64,000 bases of DNA. Source: an uncultured Fibrobacteria bacterium (lineage in GTDB: Bacteria > Fibrobacterota > Fibrobacteria > UBA11236). The DNA is taken from assembly GCA_963716395.1 (NCBI GenBank), contig OY970309.1, forward strand, positions 2,016,001 through 2,080,000, read 5' to 3'. Numbering within the stretch: the first letter of the stretch is position 1; every line of letters starts with the position of its first letter. The position numbers and the translations under genes were made by a program. The notes beneath the pieces are model-generated. The model made no database searches, had not been told where the DNA came from, and saw only the letters and a list, made by a program, of their open reading frames with translations. This document shows positions 22,857 through 33,202 of this stretch, piece by piece.

Positions 22857-23777
22857 TTACTGCGCGTAAACCAGCAAGTCGAGGCTGGCCACCATGTGAT
22901 CGTCGCCGTGGGATTCGAGGGCCAGGCGCACCAGCCCCACGTCGCTTTGATCGGCATGCATCTTTTCCAGCAATTCCTGCAGATGGGAATAGTCGCATTG
23001 CGCTTCGGTGCGGTAGACCAGGCGTTTCAAGCCGTCGGCTTCGGTGGTTTTTTCCAGGCGCGGCGTCTGCACCGATACGCCCAGCGCCTGGGCGGTATGC
23101 GCAAAGCCTTGCAGGGCGGCGTTCAATTGGTTGCGGGCCACGACGTGATTGTCGATCAGGCTCGCGTCATCGGGGGTGTATTTCATTTTGACGAACAGCG
23201 AAAACTCGCGCGCCGTCTTGGCCGCCCCCACCGGCCGGCTGAACCCGGAACGGATTTCCGCGCCCGGGAACGCCGCAGCCAAAGCCGACTGGAACTTGGC
23301 GAGATCGCCTGGGGATTCGGACAGGCCATGCAGGTAAAACTCGTCGGGCGGCGTAAAGATGATTTGGGCAAAACCCACTTGCACCGGCGTGGCGTTTCCC
23401 AGGTCGCGCAACAACTTGGCGCCGGCGTCATTCTGATACGCGATGCGCTGTGAAGGCGCCAAATCGGCATAGGTGGGCGTCGACGACATGCCCGACAAAT
23501 CGGTTTGGGCCTGACGCACGATTTCTTCCACGGCGTCGGCGGTGATGGGCTTGGGCGTGGGCGTCGGAGCCGCCGCCGGATGGGCAGCCACGGTCGGCCG
23601 GGTTGGGTGGACCGTGGCCATGGTCGGGGATTTCGGCCGCGTCAGAAAGTAGGCCACGCCGGCAACGACCAGCACGACGGCGGCCCACACGGCCAGGCGT
23701 TTTCCCTTGCCGCCCGTTTCGACCAAGGTCATGGGCCGCTGCGCCTGCAGCGGCTTCAACAGGTTGATGCGAATCAT
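22857..23777 (-). CDS. PilN-like (possibly PilN/PilO-like) type IV pilus alignment protein
   Basis: Starts MIRINLL (PilM-binding INLL motif), then a TM helix and Pro-rich linker; immediately downstream of the pilM-like gene. Confidence 0.55.
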   Translation of the reverse strand: MIRINLLKPLQAQRPMTLVETGGKGKRLAVWAAVVLVVAGVAYFLTRPKSPTMATVHPTRPTVAAHPAAAPTPTPKPITADAVEEIVRQAQTDLSGMSSTPTYADLAPSQRIAYQNDAGAKLLRDLGNATPVQVGFAQIIFTPPDEFYLHGLSESPGDLAKFQSALAAAFPGAEIRSGFSRPVGAAKTAREFSLFVKMKYTPDDASLIDNHVVARNQLNAALQGFAHTAQALGVSVQTPRLEKTTEADGLKRLVYRTEAQCDYSHLQELLEKMHADQSDVGLVRLALESHGDDHMVASLDLLVYAQ

Positions 23778-23781
23778 GGTT

Positions 23782-24723
23782 TCAGCAATCTCCTCCGCGC
23801 CGTAAGGCCAGCCCCACTACGCCCGCGCATTGCGGACCCGAGGGGATCAGGCGCGCGCTTTGCTCGGGCTCGAGCGCGAAGGCGGCCTCTTTGAAGGCGT
23901 TGAGCGGCACCAAGGGTACGGGTAGATTCGCCGCCAGCAATTCGCGGAATTCGGCGTCGAGGGCGAGGTCGCCGCATACCACCACGGTTTCGACCTCGCT
24001 CCAGGCGCTTTGGGCGGCCTCGAAACGCAAACGGATTTCCTGCACCAAATCCAGCAGGCGATCGGTTTTCGCCTGGCCGCTCAAATCCAAAAGGCCTGCG
24101 TCGACAGACGAAGTGTCGCTGCCGAAAAACAATCCGTGCTGGGCGCGCACGCAGGTCAGCGCGTGTACGTCGGCTTTGATCAGCAAGGCCCGCCCTTCTT
24201 GCATTTCCGGGTAATTGGCCTCGAAGGCGTTTACGAGGGCGAAGGCGTCGACATCAAGCACGACCAGAGGATACCCGGTGGATTCGATCCAGCGCCGCAG
24301 GCGTTCGACTTCGCTGTGGCGGTAAGCCGCCACCAAATAGAGCCGGCCGTTTTCGGCCGCGTTCGGTCCGATGGCCTGGTAGTCCATGAGATAGTCTTTC
24401 AGGGGACGCGCCAGGTATTGCTCCATGTCCCATTGCAGGGCGTCGAGCACATTTTCTTCGCCTTCGGGTATTTCCACGAGGCGCAGCACCGCATGTTCCG
24501 AAGGCACGGCGGCCACCAAATCGACCTGTGCGCTGTCGACGTATTGGGTCAGGGTTTCGCGCAATTGTTGGGAGAGATACTCGTCGTTGCCCCATTGGGA
24601 AATGTCGAGCGGTTTCACCGCCACCATGGCGATTTGATTTTCGAGCGGCAGAAATTCGACCAGTTTCAGATACGCCGGACTCGCTTCCACCGCGATGATG
24701 GAACGCGTCAGATTTTTTGCCAT
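23782..24723 (-). CDS. pilM: Type IV pilus assembly protein PilM (actin-like)
   Basis: DMEQYL..PL.DYLMDYQ, VLDVDAFALVNAFEANY, VVVCGDLA and VVGLALR. Confidence 0.75.
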   Translation of the reverse strand: MAKNLTRSIIAVEASPAYLKLVEFLPLENQIAMVAVKPLDISQWGNDEYLSQQLRETLTQYVDSAQVDLVAAVPSEHAVLRLVEIPEGEENVLDALQWDMEQYLARPLKDYLMDYQAIGPNAAENGRLYLVAAYRHSEVERLRRWIESTGYPLVVLDVDAFALVNAFEANYPEMQEGRALLIKADVHALTCVRAQHGLFFGSDTSSVDAGLLDLSGQAKTDRLLDLVQEIRLRFEAAQSAWSEVETVVVCGDLALDAEFRELLAANLPVPLVPLNAFKEAAFALEPEQSARLIPSGPQCAGVVGLALRRGGDC

Positions 24724-24749
24724 GGGCCAAGTATACTATTTTGGATTTT

Positions 24750-25295
24750 TCAGCTTCCAGCAGGATTTTTTCCGGGGGACGTCGTGTCCGGAGCGACGCA
24801 AACCATGCCCCGAAAGCCCGCCAGTTTTTTTGGACCGATGCCTTTCACCCGCTGCAAATCCTCGATGCGGTGAAAAGGCCCGATTTTACGACGGTAAGCC
24901 AGGATGGCCCGGGCCGTGGCCGGGCCCACTCCCGGCAGGTTTTGCAAGGCTTGGGCGTCGGCGGAGTTGAGATCCACAGGTTCGGCCGAAGTCTTTTCCG
25001 AAGGCTCTTTTTTCACGCTTCGATCCGTTCCCTTCTTCGCCCCAGCCGCGGTGGAAACTCGTTGCGGCCAATGTTCGCTCCAACCGCCGGGGTCGGGGCA
25101 GCCAAAAGCGGTGGAGTCTTGGCGGCGCGCCGCAATCACCCATTGATGCAGCGAATCCCAGTCGTGCACCGGACCCAGGCGCACTCCGGAACGCTCCCAG
25201 GCCCGCATGCCGAATCCCGAACCCAGCACACAGATCAAGGTCAAGCAGGCGGTTTTTTCCGTCGGTGTCAAGGCGGGTAAGCGCAGGTGCAGCAT
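24750..25295 (-). CDS. comEA: ComEA-family helix-hairpin-helix DNA-binding protein
   Basis: VDLNSADAQALQNLPGVGPATARAILAYR..GPF..IEDLQRVKGIGPKKL; N-terminal TM segment. Confidence 0.85.
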   Translation of the reverse strand: MLHLRLPALTPTEKTACLTLICVLGSGFGMRAWERSGVRLGPVHDWDSLHQWVIAARRQDSTAFGCPDPGGWSEHWPQRVSTAAGAKKGTDRSVKKEPSEKTSAEPVDLNSADAQALQNLPGVGPATARAILAYRRKIGPFHRIEDLQRVKGIGPKKLAGFRGMVCVAPDTTSPGKNPAGS

Positions 25296-25613
25296 GTCCG
25301 CAACGTAATCCCCGGCTGGTCGACAAGGCGTGCGCGGTGTCACGTCGTTTCTCCCCGGTTTTCAGGTGCAATTTGGTGGTGGCGGTTTTCGGCCCCGGGC
25401 CGCGGCCATTTTTATCCGGGCCGAGTTGCCTGTCCAAGGGACGGATTTGCCGCAAAAAACCGGATCATTTTGATTCTCTTGCAGCCGCTAGGCCGCCGCG
25501 GAATGCGAATCATTTCAGTTATTCGCTGGAAAACGAAGAGGCTGACACGATTTTACAAGATTTTTAAGTACGAAGGTGGGGGAATTCGTTACACTACTCT
25601 TGCCACTCCACCT

Positions 25614-27461
25614 ATGCATTCCACCCACCATCGCTTTCACATTCCGGTCATGGGTACCGGCTTTACCATCGATACGGCGCTGAAAGTGGCGCGTTTCGGC
25701 ATCAGCTCGGTGGTGTCTTTGGTCGACGACGTTTTGATCGAACGCGTACGCAAGCACTATTGTCGCGAAAACGGGCGGGCTTACGAGGCCATACCCCAAA
25801 GCCACCCCGACGCGCGCGCGGCGCGTATTACCGCCTATCTCGATCTGGTGCAGGATTTGGTCGACGCCCAAATAGAAGCCTTGCGCCGCATGGCTTTCGC
25901 GCCCGGTAACGATAAAAGCAAATATTTCGAATTGCTGCCGCCGACTTCACCCGTGCGTGGGCGATACGAGCTGTGGCGCGCCGCGTCCCCGGCCGAAAAA
26001 ACCGGGCTCGAACCCGAGCTCAATGACGCCATTTTGCCCGGGTCGATCGATGCCAACATCATGACCAAGCTCGATCGCCTGCCCTTCGGCCGCGACGGCA
26101 AGCCGCTTTCCCCCGAGTTCAGCGACGCCAAGGCCGCGTTGCGCGGGTTCGCCCAGTCCAAGGTGCGGGGTAGCATGGTGTTCAGCGCCGGCATCAACCC
26201 CACCTTGTACGGCAGTCTCGAACGCTTCGCCGATTTCTACCGGCGCGAAGACGGCGCGCCCCGCAAGGGCGTCATCCTCAAGGTTTCCGACTACCGCTCG
26301 TGCATGGTGCAGGGCCGCTTTCTGGCCCGCAAGGGCATTGAAGTCCGCGAGTTCCGTATCGAGTCGGCTCTGAATTGCGGCGGGCATGCCTTTGCTTCCG
26401 ACGGATTTCTCATGGGTCCGATATTGCAAGAGTTCATCGACAACCGCGAGCGATTTCCCGATATGTTCGAACCGCTCCTTGAGACTTATTACCAGAAGCG
26501 CAGCTGGAGCTTTCCCGCCTCCGGGCGGCGCCGCCGCATCGCCGTGACCGCGCAGGGCGGCATCGGCAACCACGATGAAATGCGGCGTTTGCTTGAAGTC
26601 TATGAACTCGACGCCGTGGGCTGGGCCAGCCCGTTTTTGCTCGTGCCCGAGGTCACCGCGCTCGACGCGGGCACGCGCGGGCAACTGGCGGCGGCGCGCG
26701 AAGTAGACCTTTATCAAAGCGAAGCCTCGCCTTTGGGCATTCTGTTCAACAACTTGCGCGGCTCGACATCGGAGCAATGGACGCTCCGGCAAATCGATCG
26801 CGGCAAACCCGGGTCGCCCTGCCCCAAGGGCTATCTCGTGTCGAATACCGAGTTCACCGAAAAACCCATTTGCACCGCGTCCAAGGAATATCAGGGGTTG
26901 AAGCTGAAATCGTTGGGCTATGCGACTCCACCGCCGGCCGATTGCGGCGATCCGGCCGTGCGCCAGGTGTATTCCAAGCAATGCATTTGCGATCAACTGG
27001 GCAACGGCGCTTTGATCGAGCAGGGGGAAATGGCCGCGCAGCAGCCGGTGTCGGTATGTCCCGGGCCGAACATCGCCTATTTCGACCGCTTGTACACGTT
27101 GCGCGAAATGGTCAGTCACATCTATGGTACGGGGGCGGATTTGACGCCGCGCGGGCGGCCCCACATGTTCGCCAAAGATTTGCTCTTGTACGTCGATTAT
27201 TTTGAAAAGCTCTGCCATCGGCACTTGGCCTCCGGCGATCCGGAGCTCGGATATTTGAAGGTGTTCAAGGAAAATCTCGAAGCCGGCATGGATTATTACC
27301 GGCCGCGGTTGCGCCAGGGCGGTTTTGCCGGGGAAAATTTCCACTCGCTGGCCGCGGAAATCGCCACCCAATCCTTGCGGATGCGAGATTTGTGGTCGGC
27401 GCTGGAAGCGCCTCCCGAGACCGAATCCACCGCCGTGCCGCGCGCCGCCGTTTTGGGATAA
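25614..27461 (+). CDS. Conserved hypothetical protein, possible FMN-dependent TIM-barrel oxidoreductase with Cys motifs
   Basis: HRFHIPVMG, FSAG, ESALNCGGHAF, TAQGGIG and GWASPFL resemble nitronate-monooxygenase-like barrel motifs; Cys cluster CPK..ICTAS..CICDQL..CPGP. Confidence 0.65.
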   Translation: MHSTHHRFHIPVMGTGFTIDTALKVARFGISSVVSLVDDVLIERVRKHYCRENGRAYEAIPQSHPDARAARITAYLDLVQDLVDAQIEALRRMAFAPGNDKSKYFELLPPTSPVRGRYELWRAASPAEKTGLEPELNDAILPGSIDANIMTKLDRLPFGRDGKPLSPEFSDAKAALRGFAQSKVRGSMVFSAGINPTLYGSLERFADFYRREDGAPRKGVILKVSDYRSCMVQGRFLARKGIEVREFRIESALNCGGHAFASDGFLMGPILQEFIDNRERFPDMFEPLLETYYQKRSWSFPASGRRRRIAVTAQGGIGNHDEMRRLLEVYELDAVGWASPFLLVPEVTALDAGTRGQLAAAREVDLYQSEASPLGILFNNLRGSTSEQWTLRQIDRGKPGSPCPKGYLVSNTEFTEKPICTASKEYQGLKLKSLGYATPPPADCGDPAVRQVYSKQCICDQLGNGALIEQGEMAAQQPVSVCPGPNIAYFDRLYTLREMVSHIYGTGADLTPRGRPHMFAKDLLLYVDYFEKLCHRHLASGDPELGYLKVFKENLEAGMDYYRPRLRQGGFAGENFHSLAAEIATQSLRMRDLWSALEAPPETESTAVPRAAVLG

Positions 27462-27515
27462 TTGCCGCAGCGGGCCGCGCCGCTTGCGGTTCGCAACTCT
27501 GGGCCGGGAGGTCCG

Positions 27516-28007
27516 GTGAAAAACCTCGCACAACAACTGGCCTTTTACCAAGCCTATCACCGCACGCGGGGATGCAAGGCTACCCATTTCATCGGTGTGC
27601 CTCTCGTCACGTTTTCCATATTAATCCCCCTGGGCTGGCTGGGCGTTTCCGTGGGGTCGTATCGGCTCACCTTGGCGGTTGGCTTCGTGGCCGCCACCTT
27701 GCTGTATTACTTCGCGCTCGACCTCGTCTTGGCCGTTCTCATGACGGCCGTGATGATTCCCCTGACCTGGGCCGCGGACCGGGTGTCGCTTTGGCCCCGG
27801 GGGCGTGGCGCATTGATTTTTCTTCTCGCCTTCGTCGTCGGCTGGATATTCCAACTCGTGGGCCATGCCATCGAAGGCCGACGTCCCGCCTTGCTGACGA
27901 ATTTCCGCCAGGCGGTATTCACCGCGCCGTTGTTTCTGATGGCCGAAGTCCTGTTTGCATTGGGCTGGCGGAAAGACTTGCGGGAGCGAGCGGCCAAATG
28001 GGAATAG
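27516..28007 (+). CDS. Mpo1-like / DUF962 membrane protein
   Basis: YQAYHR..HFIGVPL, GWIFQLVGHAIEGRRPALL and APLFLMAE. Confidence 0.85.
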   Translation: MKNLAQQLAFYQAYHRTRGCKATHFIGVPLVTFSILIPLGWLGVSVGSYRLTLAVGFVAATLLYYFALDLVLAVLMTAVMIPLTWAADRVSLWPRGRGALIFLLAFVVGWIFQLVGHAIEGRRPALLTNFRQAVFTAPLFLMAEVLFALGWRKDLRERAAKWE

Positions 28008-28320
28008 TGTCGGCACGCAAGGGAGCGCTCCGCTCCAGAAGGTTTTGCCGCAGGACGCAAACCTGCGAAGCGGCGCACCGCCCCGGGTTCGCCGAAGTAC
28101 GGCAAGTTACCGAAAAGGGTGAATATTATTGAGTTGATTTTTCTATCGAAGAAGTTCAACTTCAGCGAAGCCAAATGGCTTTTATCCGGCTGATTCCATT
28201 TCTCTTCGGCCAGACACAATTTGCTTTCAAACTGGGTATTTTTTCCGCACCTGGGATCTTAAAAAAACTGTAGGTTCTTACTAAAAATTGAACCGAACCA
28301 AAATCCAATAAAGGTGTTTC

Positions 28321-30813
28321 ATGCTTAATAATTTCGACGCGCGGGGAAAAATCGGCTTTTGCATGGCGTCGGGATTTTTTTTGTTTTCCGCCGGATTGGC
28401 CGCGGCCCAGGTGGCGCAGACGATCACCTTGCCGGCCAAAGTGCGCGACATGCACGAATGCATCAATGAAGATGCGACCAGTTATGCCGATGGCCAGCCT
28501 TCGGATTGCAGCGCCCTCAATGCCAATCCGGATTTCGAGCATTTCGGCACCTGTAATGACACCGGTTACGTAGCGCCAACGATTTCCACCGCGGGGGATC
28601 TGGGCGACAGCACGGTCTTCGCCATGGACAACCGCACCCCGGTCAAGACCGCCAAATTGATCAGCTCTTCGGGGGGCCACCCCTGTTATACCAGTGTCGC
28701 CAATTTCGATACCTGGTTCAACGATCGCACCGATCCGACCCATCCCGGAAGCGCCCAAGACATCAATCGGCCCTTCATCACCAATCTGACTTTCAACTAT
28801 GACGCGGCCACCGGCCAGTATGAATTCCTGGGGAACTCGAACAACTATTTCCCTTTGGACTCCGTCGCTTTCAATCCCGGGACGGCTTTGTATAAAACCC
28901 AAGCCATCCCCGGTGATAATCCCCAAACTTTCGGAGACCTGCAAGAGCGCGCCACCGCGCCTTACAACACCACCGACTATGCGCACGATTTCGGTTTTAC
29001 CACGGAATTCCACCGATACTTCACCTATTTGCAGGGGACCAACCAAGTGTTCACCTTCACCGGAGACGACGATGTGTGGGTGTTCATCAACGGCAAACTG
29101 GCCATCGATCTGGGCGGTGTTCACGCCTCGGAATCGCAATCGGTGAATCTGGACAACATCAGCACCCAGTTCGGAATGGTGAATAACCAGAGTTACATCC
29201 TGGATTTCTTTTTGGCGGAACGGCATTCCACGGGCTCGGATTGCCAAATCACCACCAGCCTGGCGCTGCGGGCCACTCCGCAGGTGGGCATCCCCAGCGC
29301 CGACCCCACCAATCCGAATGGTGGAGCTGTCGTGTTCACCACCCCCAGCCAAGTCGTTACGCTTTCCGATACCACCCAAGGGGCTGTGATTTGGTACACC
29401 ACCGACGGGTCGGCGCCGGATACCCTGAGTCCCAATACCCATCGGTACACCGGACCCATTACGCTCACCGCGACCACCACGTTGAATGCCATCGCGACCA
29501 AATCGGGGTCCAGTAACAGCCCGGTCCTCACCCAGGTCTATACCCGGCAAATTTTAGGGCCCTCCACCCTGGAAATCCTGGACGGAAACGGAAATCCCCT
29601 TACCGTGGGGTATCTCTCCAATCTGAATACCGCCTATGCAATTCGCCTGACCACCCAAGCCGGTGTGGACACGGTCGTCTTATCGGCCCAAACCAGAGTA
29701 AGCCATGACGTCGAATCCGCGCTGTCCGTCTTCAATCCTACCCGAGCGAACGGAGCGCAGGTTTTCACCGACCCGATCCCTTTGCATTTGGGGGTGGCAG
29801 CCGTCAGCGGCGACGGACAAACCGAAGCCGCGGAGTATGATACCCTCACGGTTTCCTGGCAAAATCCCTTGAACCCGGCGGATCATCCCACGGCTTCCAT
29901 TCCAATTCGTCCCGCGCCCCAACAAGCCACGGCTGTTTTCAGTGCCAGCGCCACAGGCTCGCCGGCCACAACGACCTTCGTCGGCACGGAAGCGACTCTT
30001 TATTTCGTGGTGCAGGATGAACCTTTGCCGGCCAATCTGACCGCTACGGCGAAAATCATTACGGTCCCTTCACCCGATGCCGTGGCCCATCAGCCGGATA
30101 CGCTCATCGTACCCCTGGTGTGCGCCCATGGGACCTGCATCGGCGCCATTCCCACCGCCATCGCAGGCCCGTCGAATCCCGCGAATGCCACCCTGGAAGT
30201 GTGGGGAGGGGATCAGGTGCAAGGCGTGTACATCGATCCGATGGATGGGGATTCCGCCCATGCCGCGGCCCAATTCGGCAATGCCCCCCCGGTGCTCAAC
30301 GGGGTGGTGGTGGTCGATCGACTTTTGCCGGCCCCCAAAGGGGTGATCGTGCAGGGTCCGATTTCCGACCCGATTGTGATTCGCGGCGGCATTAGTTCGG
30401 TGACGCGGCTCACCAACGATTCGGCGAGCGTAACCGGGGGAACCTGTATTTATAACTGCGCTCCCAACGTCGTGGCGAATGCCGATCCGACGCATACTCC
30501 GGCCTTCGTGTTCAAGGTGTTGTCGCCCTTCAGTTTTTCCGCCGATATCTTTGATCACTTGGGCGAATTCGTAAACAAATCGCAGGGCACGGTGGACAGC
30601 AGTCTCTGGAATACGTTGCCGCGCCAAGGCGATTCGGTGGTGGTGATGATGAATATCATTCCCGTGTCCAAAAATGGACAACAATTCGGAACCGGGGTTT
30701 ATATCATCAAGTCCACCATCACCACCCAGGCCGGCACCGACCCCGCCAACCAAAGCCACATCACCGCCGCCACCAAGGAGTTCATCTCCAATTTCGGGTA
30801 TATCCGGCCGTGA
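28321..30813 (+). CDS. Fibro-slime (PA14) domain secreted protein with an FN3-associated/chitobiase-C domain
   Basis: Signal peptide; NPDFE, YFPLD, HDFGFTTEFH, FTFTGDDDVWVFINGKLAIDLGGVH, FFLAERH; IWYTTDGSAP; C-terminal IFDHLGEFV..GVYI..FGYIRP tail. Confidence 0.85.
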   Translation: MLNNFDARGKIGFCMASGFFLFSAGLAAAQVAQTITLPAKVRDMHECINEDATSYADGQPSDCSALNANPDFEHFGTCNDTGYVAPTISTAGDLGDSTVFAMDNRTPVKTAKLISSSGGHPCYTSVANFDTWFNDRTDPTHPGSAQDINRPFITNLTFNYDAATGQYEFLGNSNNYFPLDSVAFNPGTALYKTQAIPGDNPQTFGDLQERATAPYNTTDYAHDFGFTTEFHRYFTYLQGTNQVFTFTGDDDVWVFINGKLAIDLGGVHASESQSVNLDNISTQFGMVNNQSYILDFFLAERHSTGSDCQITTSLALRATPQVGIPSADPTNPNGGAVVFTTPSQVVTLSDTTQGAVIWYTTDGSAPDTLSPNTHRYTGPITLTATTTLNAIATKSGSSNSPVLTQVYTRQILGPSTLEILDGNGNPLTVGYLSNLNTAYAIRLTTQAGVDTVVLSAQTRVSHDVESALSVFNPTRANGAQVFTDPIPLHLGVAAVSGDGQTEAAEYDTLTVSWQNPLNPADHPTASIPIRPAPQQATAVFSASATGSPATTTFVGTEATLYFVVQDEPLPANLTATAKIITVPSPDAVAHQPDTLIVPLVCAHGTCIGAIPTAIAGPSNPANATLEVWGGDQVQGVYIDPMDGDSAHAAAQFGNAPPVLNGVVVVDRLLPAPKGVIVQGPISDPIVIRGGISSVTRLTNDSASVTGGTCIYNCAPNVVANADPTHTPAFVFKVLSPFSFSADIFDHLGEFVNKSQGTVDSSLWNTLPRQGDSVVVMMNIIPVSKNGQQFGTGVYIIKSTITTQAGTDPANQSHITAATKEFISNFGYIRP

Positions 30814-30838
30814 AGAACAGGGTTGCGGAAACGGGCCG

Positions 30839-32473
30839 CTACACCGCGAGGGCGGCTTTTACCAGGTGATAGAACAAAGGCGCGGGCCGGCGCAAATTGC
30901 TCGTGAGTTCCGGGTGGAATTGGCAGCCCATGAAATATTTGTGGCCCGGTAATTCCAACACCTGCATGATGTTTTCCTGCGGATGCTTGCCGGAAAACAA
31001 CAGGCCCTTTTCCGACAGGGCACGGATATAATCCGGGTTCACCTCGTAGCGGTGGCGGAAACGCTCGCGGATGAGGGTGCGGCCGCCGTAAATTTCGCTG
31101 GCCCGGCTGCCGGGAAGTAATTCCACGTCATGACCGCCCAGGCGCATGGTGCCGCCTTTTTGCGACACATGGCGCTGCCCCGGTAGAATATCGATGACCG
31201 GATGTTCGACCGTGACGCCGTCTTCGCGCACCTCGGTGGTATTGGCGCCGGGCAGGCCGCACACATTGCGGGCGAACTCCACCACGGCCAATTGCATGCC
31301 ATAGCAGATGCCGAGATAGGGAAGGTTTTTTTCGCGCGCGAATTGCACGACGCGGATTTTGCCTTCGATGCCGCGACTGCCGAAGCCGCCGGGCACGATG
31401 ATGCCGTCGGCCCCCGCCAAGGCTTCAGCCGCGTCTTCGACGCTGCGGATTTTCGCGGTGTCGACCCATTGGATATCCGGGCGCACGTCGAGATGGGCGC
31501 CCGCGTGGGTGACCGCCGCGGCCACCGAGGCGTAGGAATCTTCCAGCGCGGTGTATTTGCCGCACAGGGCGATGGACACGGTGCGCGTGGGGTTGACGAG
31601 ATTTTTCTTGATGTTGTGGACCCAGGTCTCCCATTGGCGGGTGTCGGGCGGCGAATAGATGTCGAGCGCCGAATGCAGAATGGCCGGCAGGCCTTCGCGC
31701 TCGTAGATGAGGGGGATCTCGTACACGGTTTCCACATCGGGCCCGGAGATCACGTGGCTGGCGGGGATGTTGCAGTACGAGGCGATTTTCTCCTTGATGG
31801 GCGGAATCAGCAATTCGGGGCAGCGGCCGATCACCACGTTGGGCTCGATGCCTTTTTCGTTGAGCATGCGCACCGACATCTGCGTCGGCTTGCTTTTTTG
31901 TTCATGCACGCCTTCGGGCACGGGCACATAGGTGAGATGGATGTAGATGACGTTTTCTTCGCCCACGTCGCGCCGCAACTGGCGAATGGCTTCGAGGTAA
32001 AACTGGTTTTCCAAGTCGCCCACCGTGCCGCCCACTTCGATCAGCAGCACGTCGGCGTTTTCGGTTTTGGCGATGTCGAAGAACCAGGCCTTGATGCTGT
32101 CGGTGACATGCGGAATGAATTGCACGGTTTTGCCGAGATAGTCGCCGCGCCGCTCTTTGTCGAGAATATTCTTGAAAACCTTGCCCATGGTGAGGTTCCA
32201 GGAGAACTTGGTGGTGATGTCCATGAAGCGTTCGTAATGGCCGAAATCCATGTCGACTTCGCCGCCGTCATCGAGCACGAATACCTCGCCGTGCTCCACC
32301 GGATTCATGGTGCCGGGATCGGTGTTGAGATATCCGTCGCATTTCACCGGCACCACCTTGAGCCGCCCCGAAATCAGGTTGCCGATGGAGGCCGCCGCAA
32401 TGCCCTTGCCCAGGCCCGACAGCACGCCGCCCGTGACCACGATGTATTTGCAGCCCGGCTTCCGGTTCTTCAT
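30839..32473 (-). CDS. pyrG: CTP synthase
   Basis: VTGGVLSGLGKG, DPGTMNPVEHGEVFV, KSKPTQ, GFGSRG, GICYGMQ, ERFRHRYEVN and QFHPE. Confidence 0.95.
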   Translation of the reverse strand: MKNRKPGCKYIVVTGGVLSGLGKGIAAASIGNLISGRLKVVPVKCDGYLNTDPGTMNPVEHGEVFVLDDGGEVDMDFGHYERFMDITTKFSWNLTMGKVFKNILDKERRGDYLGKTVQFIPHVTDSIKAWFFDIAKTENADVLLIEVGGTVGDLENQFYLEAIRQLRRDVGEENVIYIHLTYVPVPEGVHEQKSKPTQMSVRMLNEKGIEPNVVIGRCPELLIPPIKEKIASYCNIPASHVISGPDVETVYEIPLIYEREGLPAILHSALDIYSPPDTRQWETWVHNIKKNLVNPTRTVSIALCGKYTALEDSYASVAAAVTHAGAHLDVRPDIQWVDTAKIRSVEDAAEALAGADGIIVPGGFGSRGIEGKIRVVQFAREKNLPYLGICYGMQLAVVEFARNVCGLPGANTTEVREDGVTVEHPVIDILPGQRHVSQKGGTMRLGGHDVELLPGSRASEIYGGRTLIRERFRHRYEVNPDYIRALSEKGLLFSGKHPQENIMQVLELPGHKYFMGCQFHPELTSNLRRPAPLFYHLVKAALAV

Positions 32474-33198
32474 GCCGCCGCTCCTGCGCCGATGGCCGCC
32501 AAGAGCTCGGCCGCGATGAGGAGATCCGCGGGCACGTCCACCGGCGCGCCGGCGGGCGCCGCGTGGACGCAGACGGGGGCGAGATCGGGAGCGCGCAGCA
32601 ATTCGTGGGATTCGGAGAGTTCCCGGGCCGAGGGAAAGCGCGCCGCGTAACGTCGGAGATACGCGGCCGAATATCCGTAGGCGCCGAGTTGCAGGCGGGA
32701 AAGCGGGGCCGGATACATCGGTCTGACCCGGTAAACATCCACCAGGAAGCCCTCGGGATCGAGGGCGGCTTTGACCCGGTTCGGATTGGCCCGATCTTCC
32801 GCCGACGGGGCACGGGAATCCACCAGGAGATGCACCCATTCCGGGTGATCTTGCAGGGCCGCGCACAGGCGGCGCAACCCTCCGGGGGGAAAGACCGGCT
32901 CGTCGCCTTGCAGGTTCACGATCAAATCGGCGGAGAGGGCCGCGAGATTCCGGGCGATGCGTTCGGTGCCGTTGGCCGCAACGCCGCCCAGCACGCTGCG
33001 AAAACCGTATAAGTCCGCGATGGCGGCAATTTCAGGTGAATCGGTTACACATATCACATCGGAAAAGCAGCCGGCTTCCGCCGCGCGCTCCAGGGTATGG
33101 GCGATGAGGGGTTTGCCGTTCAGCGGATGCAGCAGTTTGCGCGGGAAACGCGTCGACTCCAGGCGGGCCGGAACCGCGCAGACAACATCGGGGCCCAT
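32470..33198 (-). CDS. kdsB: 3-deoxy-manno-octulosonate cytidylyltransferase
   Basis: PARLESTRFPRKLL, NGTERIA, VNLQGDEP and VDVPADL; kdsB-pyrG synteny. Confidence 0.85.
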   Translation of the reverse strand: MGPDVVCAVPARLESTRFPRKLLHPLNGKPLIAHTLERAAEAGCFSDVICVTDSPEIAAIADLYGFRSVLGGVAANGTERIARNLAALSADLIVNLQGDEPVFPPGGLRRLCAALQDHPEWVHLLVDSRAPSAEDRANPNRVKAALDPEGFLVDVYRVRPMYPAPLSRLQLGAYGYSAAYLRRYAARFPSARELSESHELLRAPDLAPVCVHAAPAGAPVDVPADLLIAAELLAAIGAGAAA

Positions 33199-33202
33199 GG
33201 AA

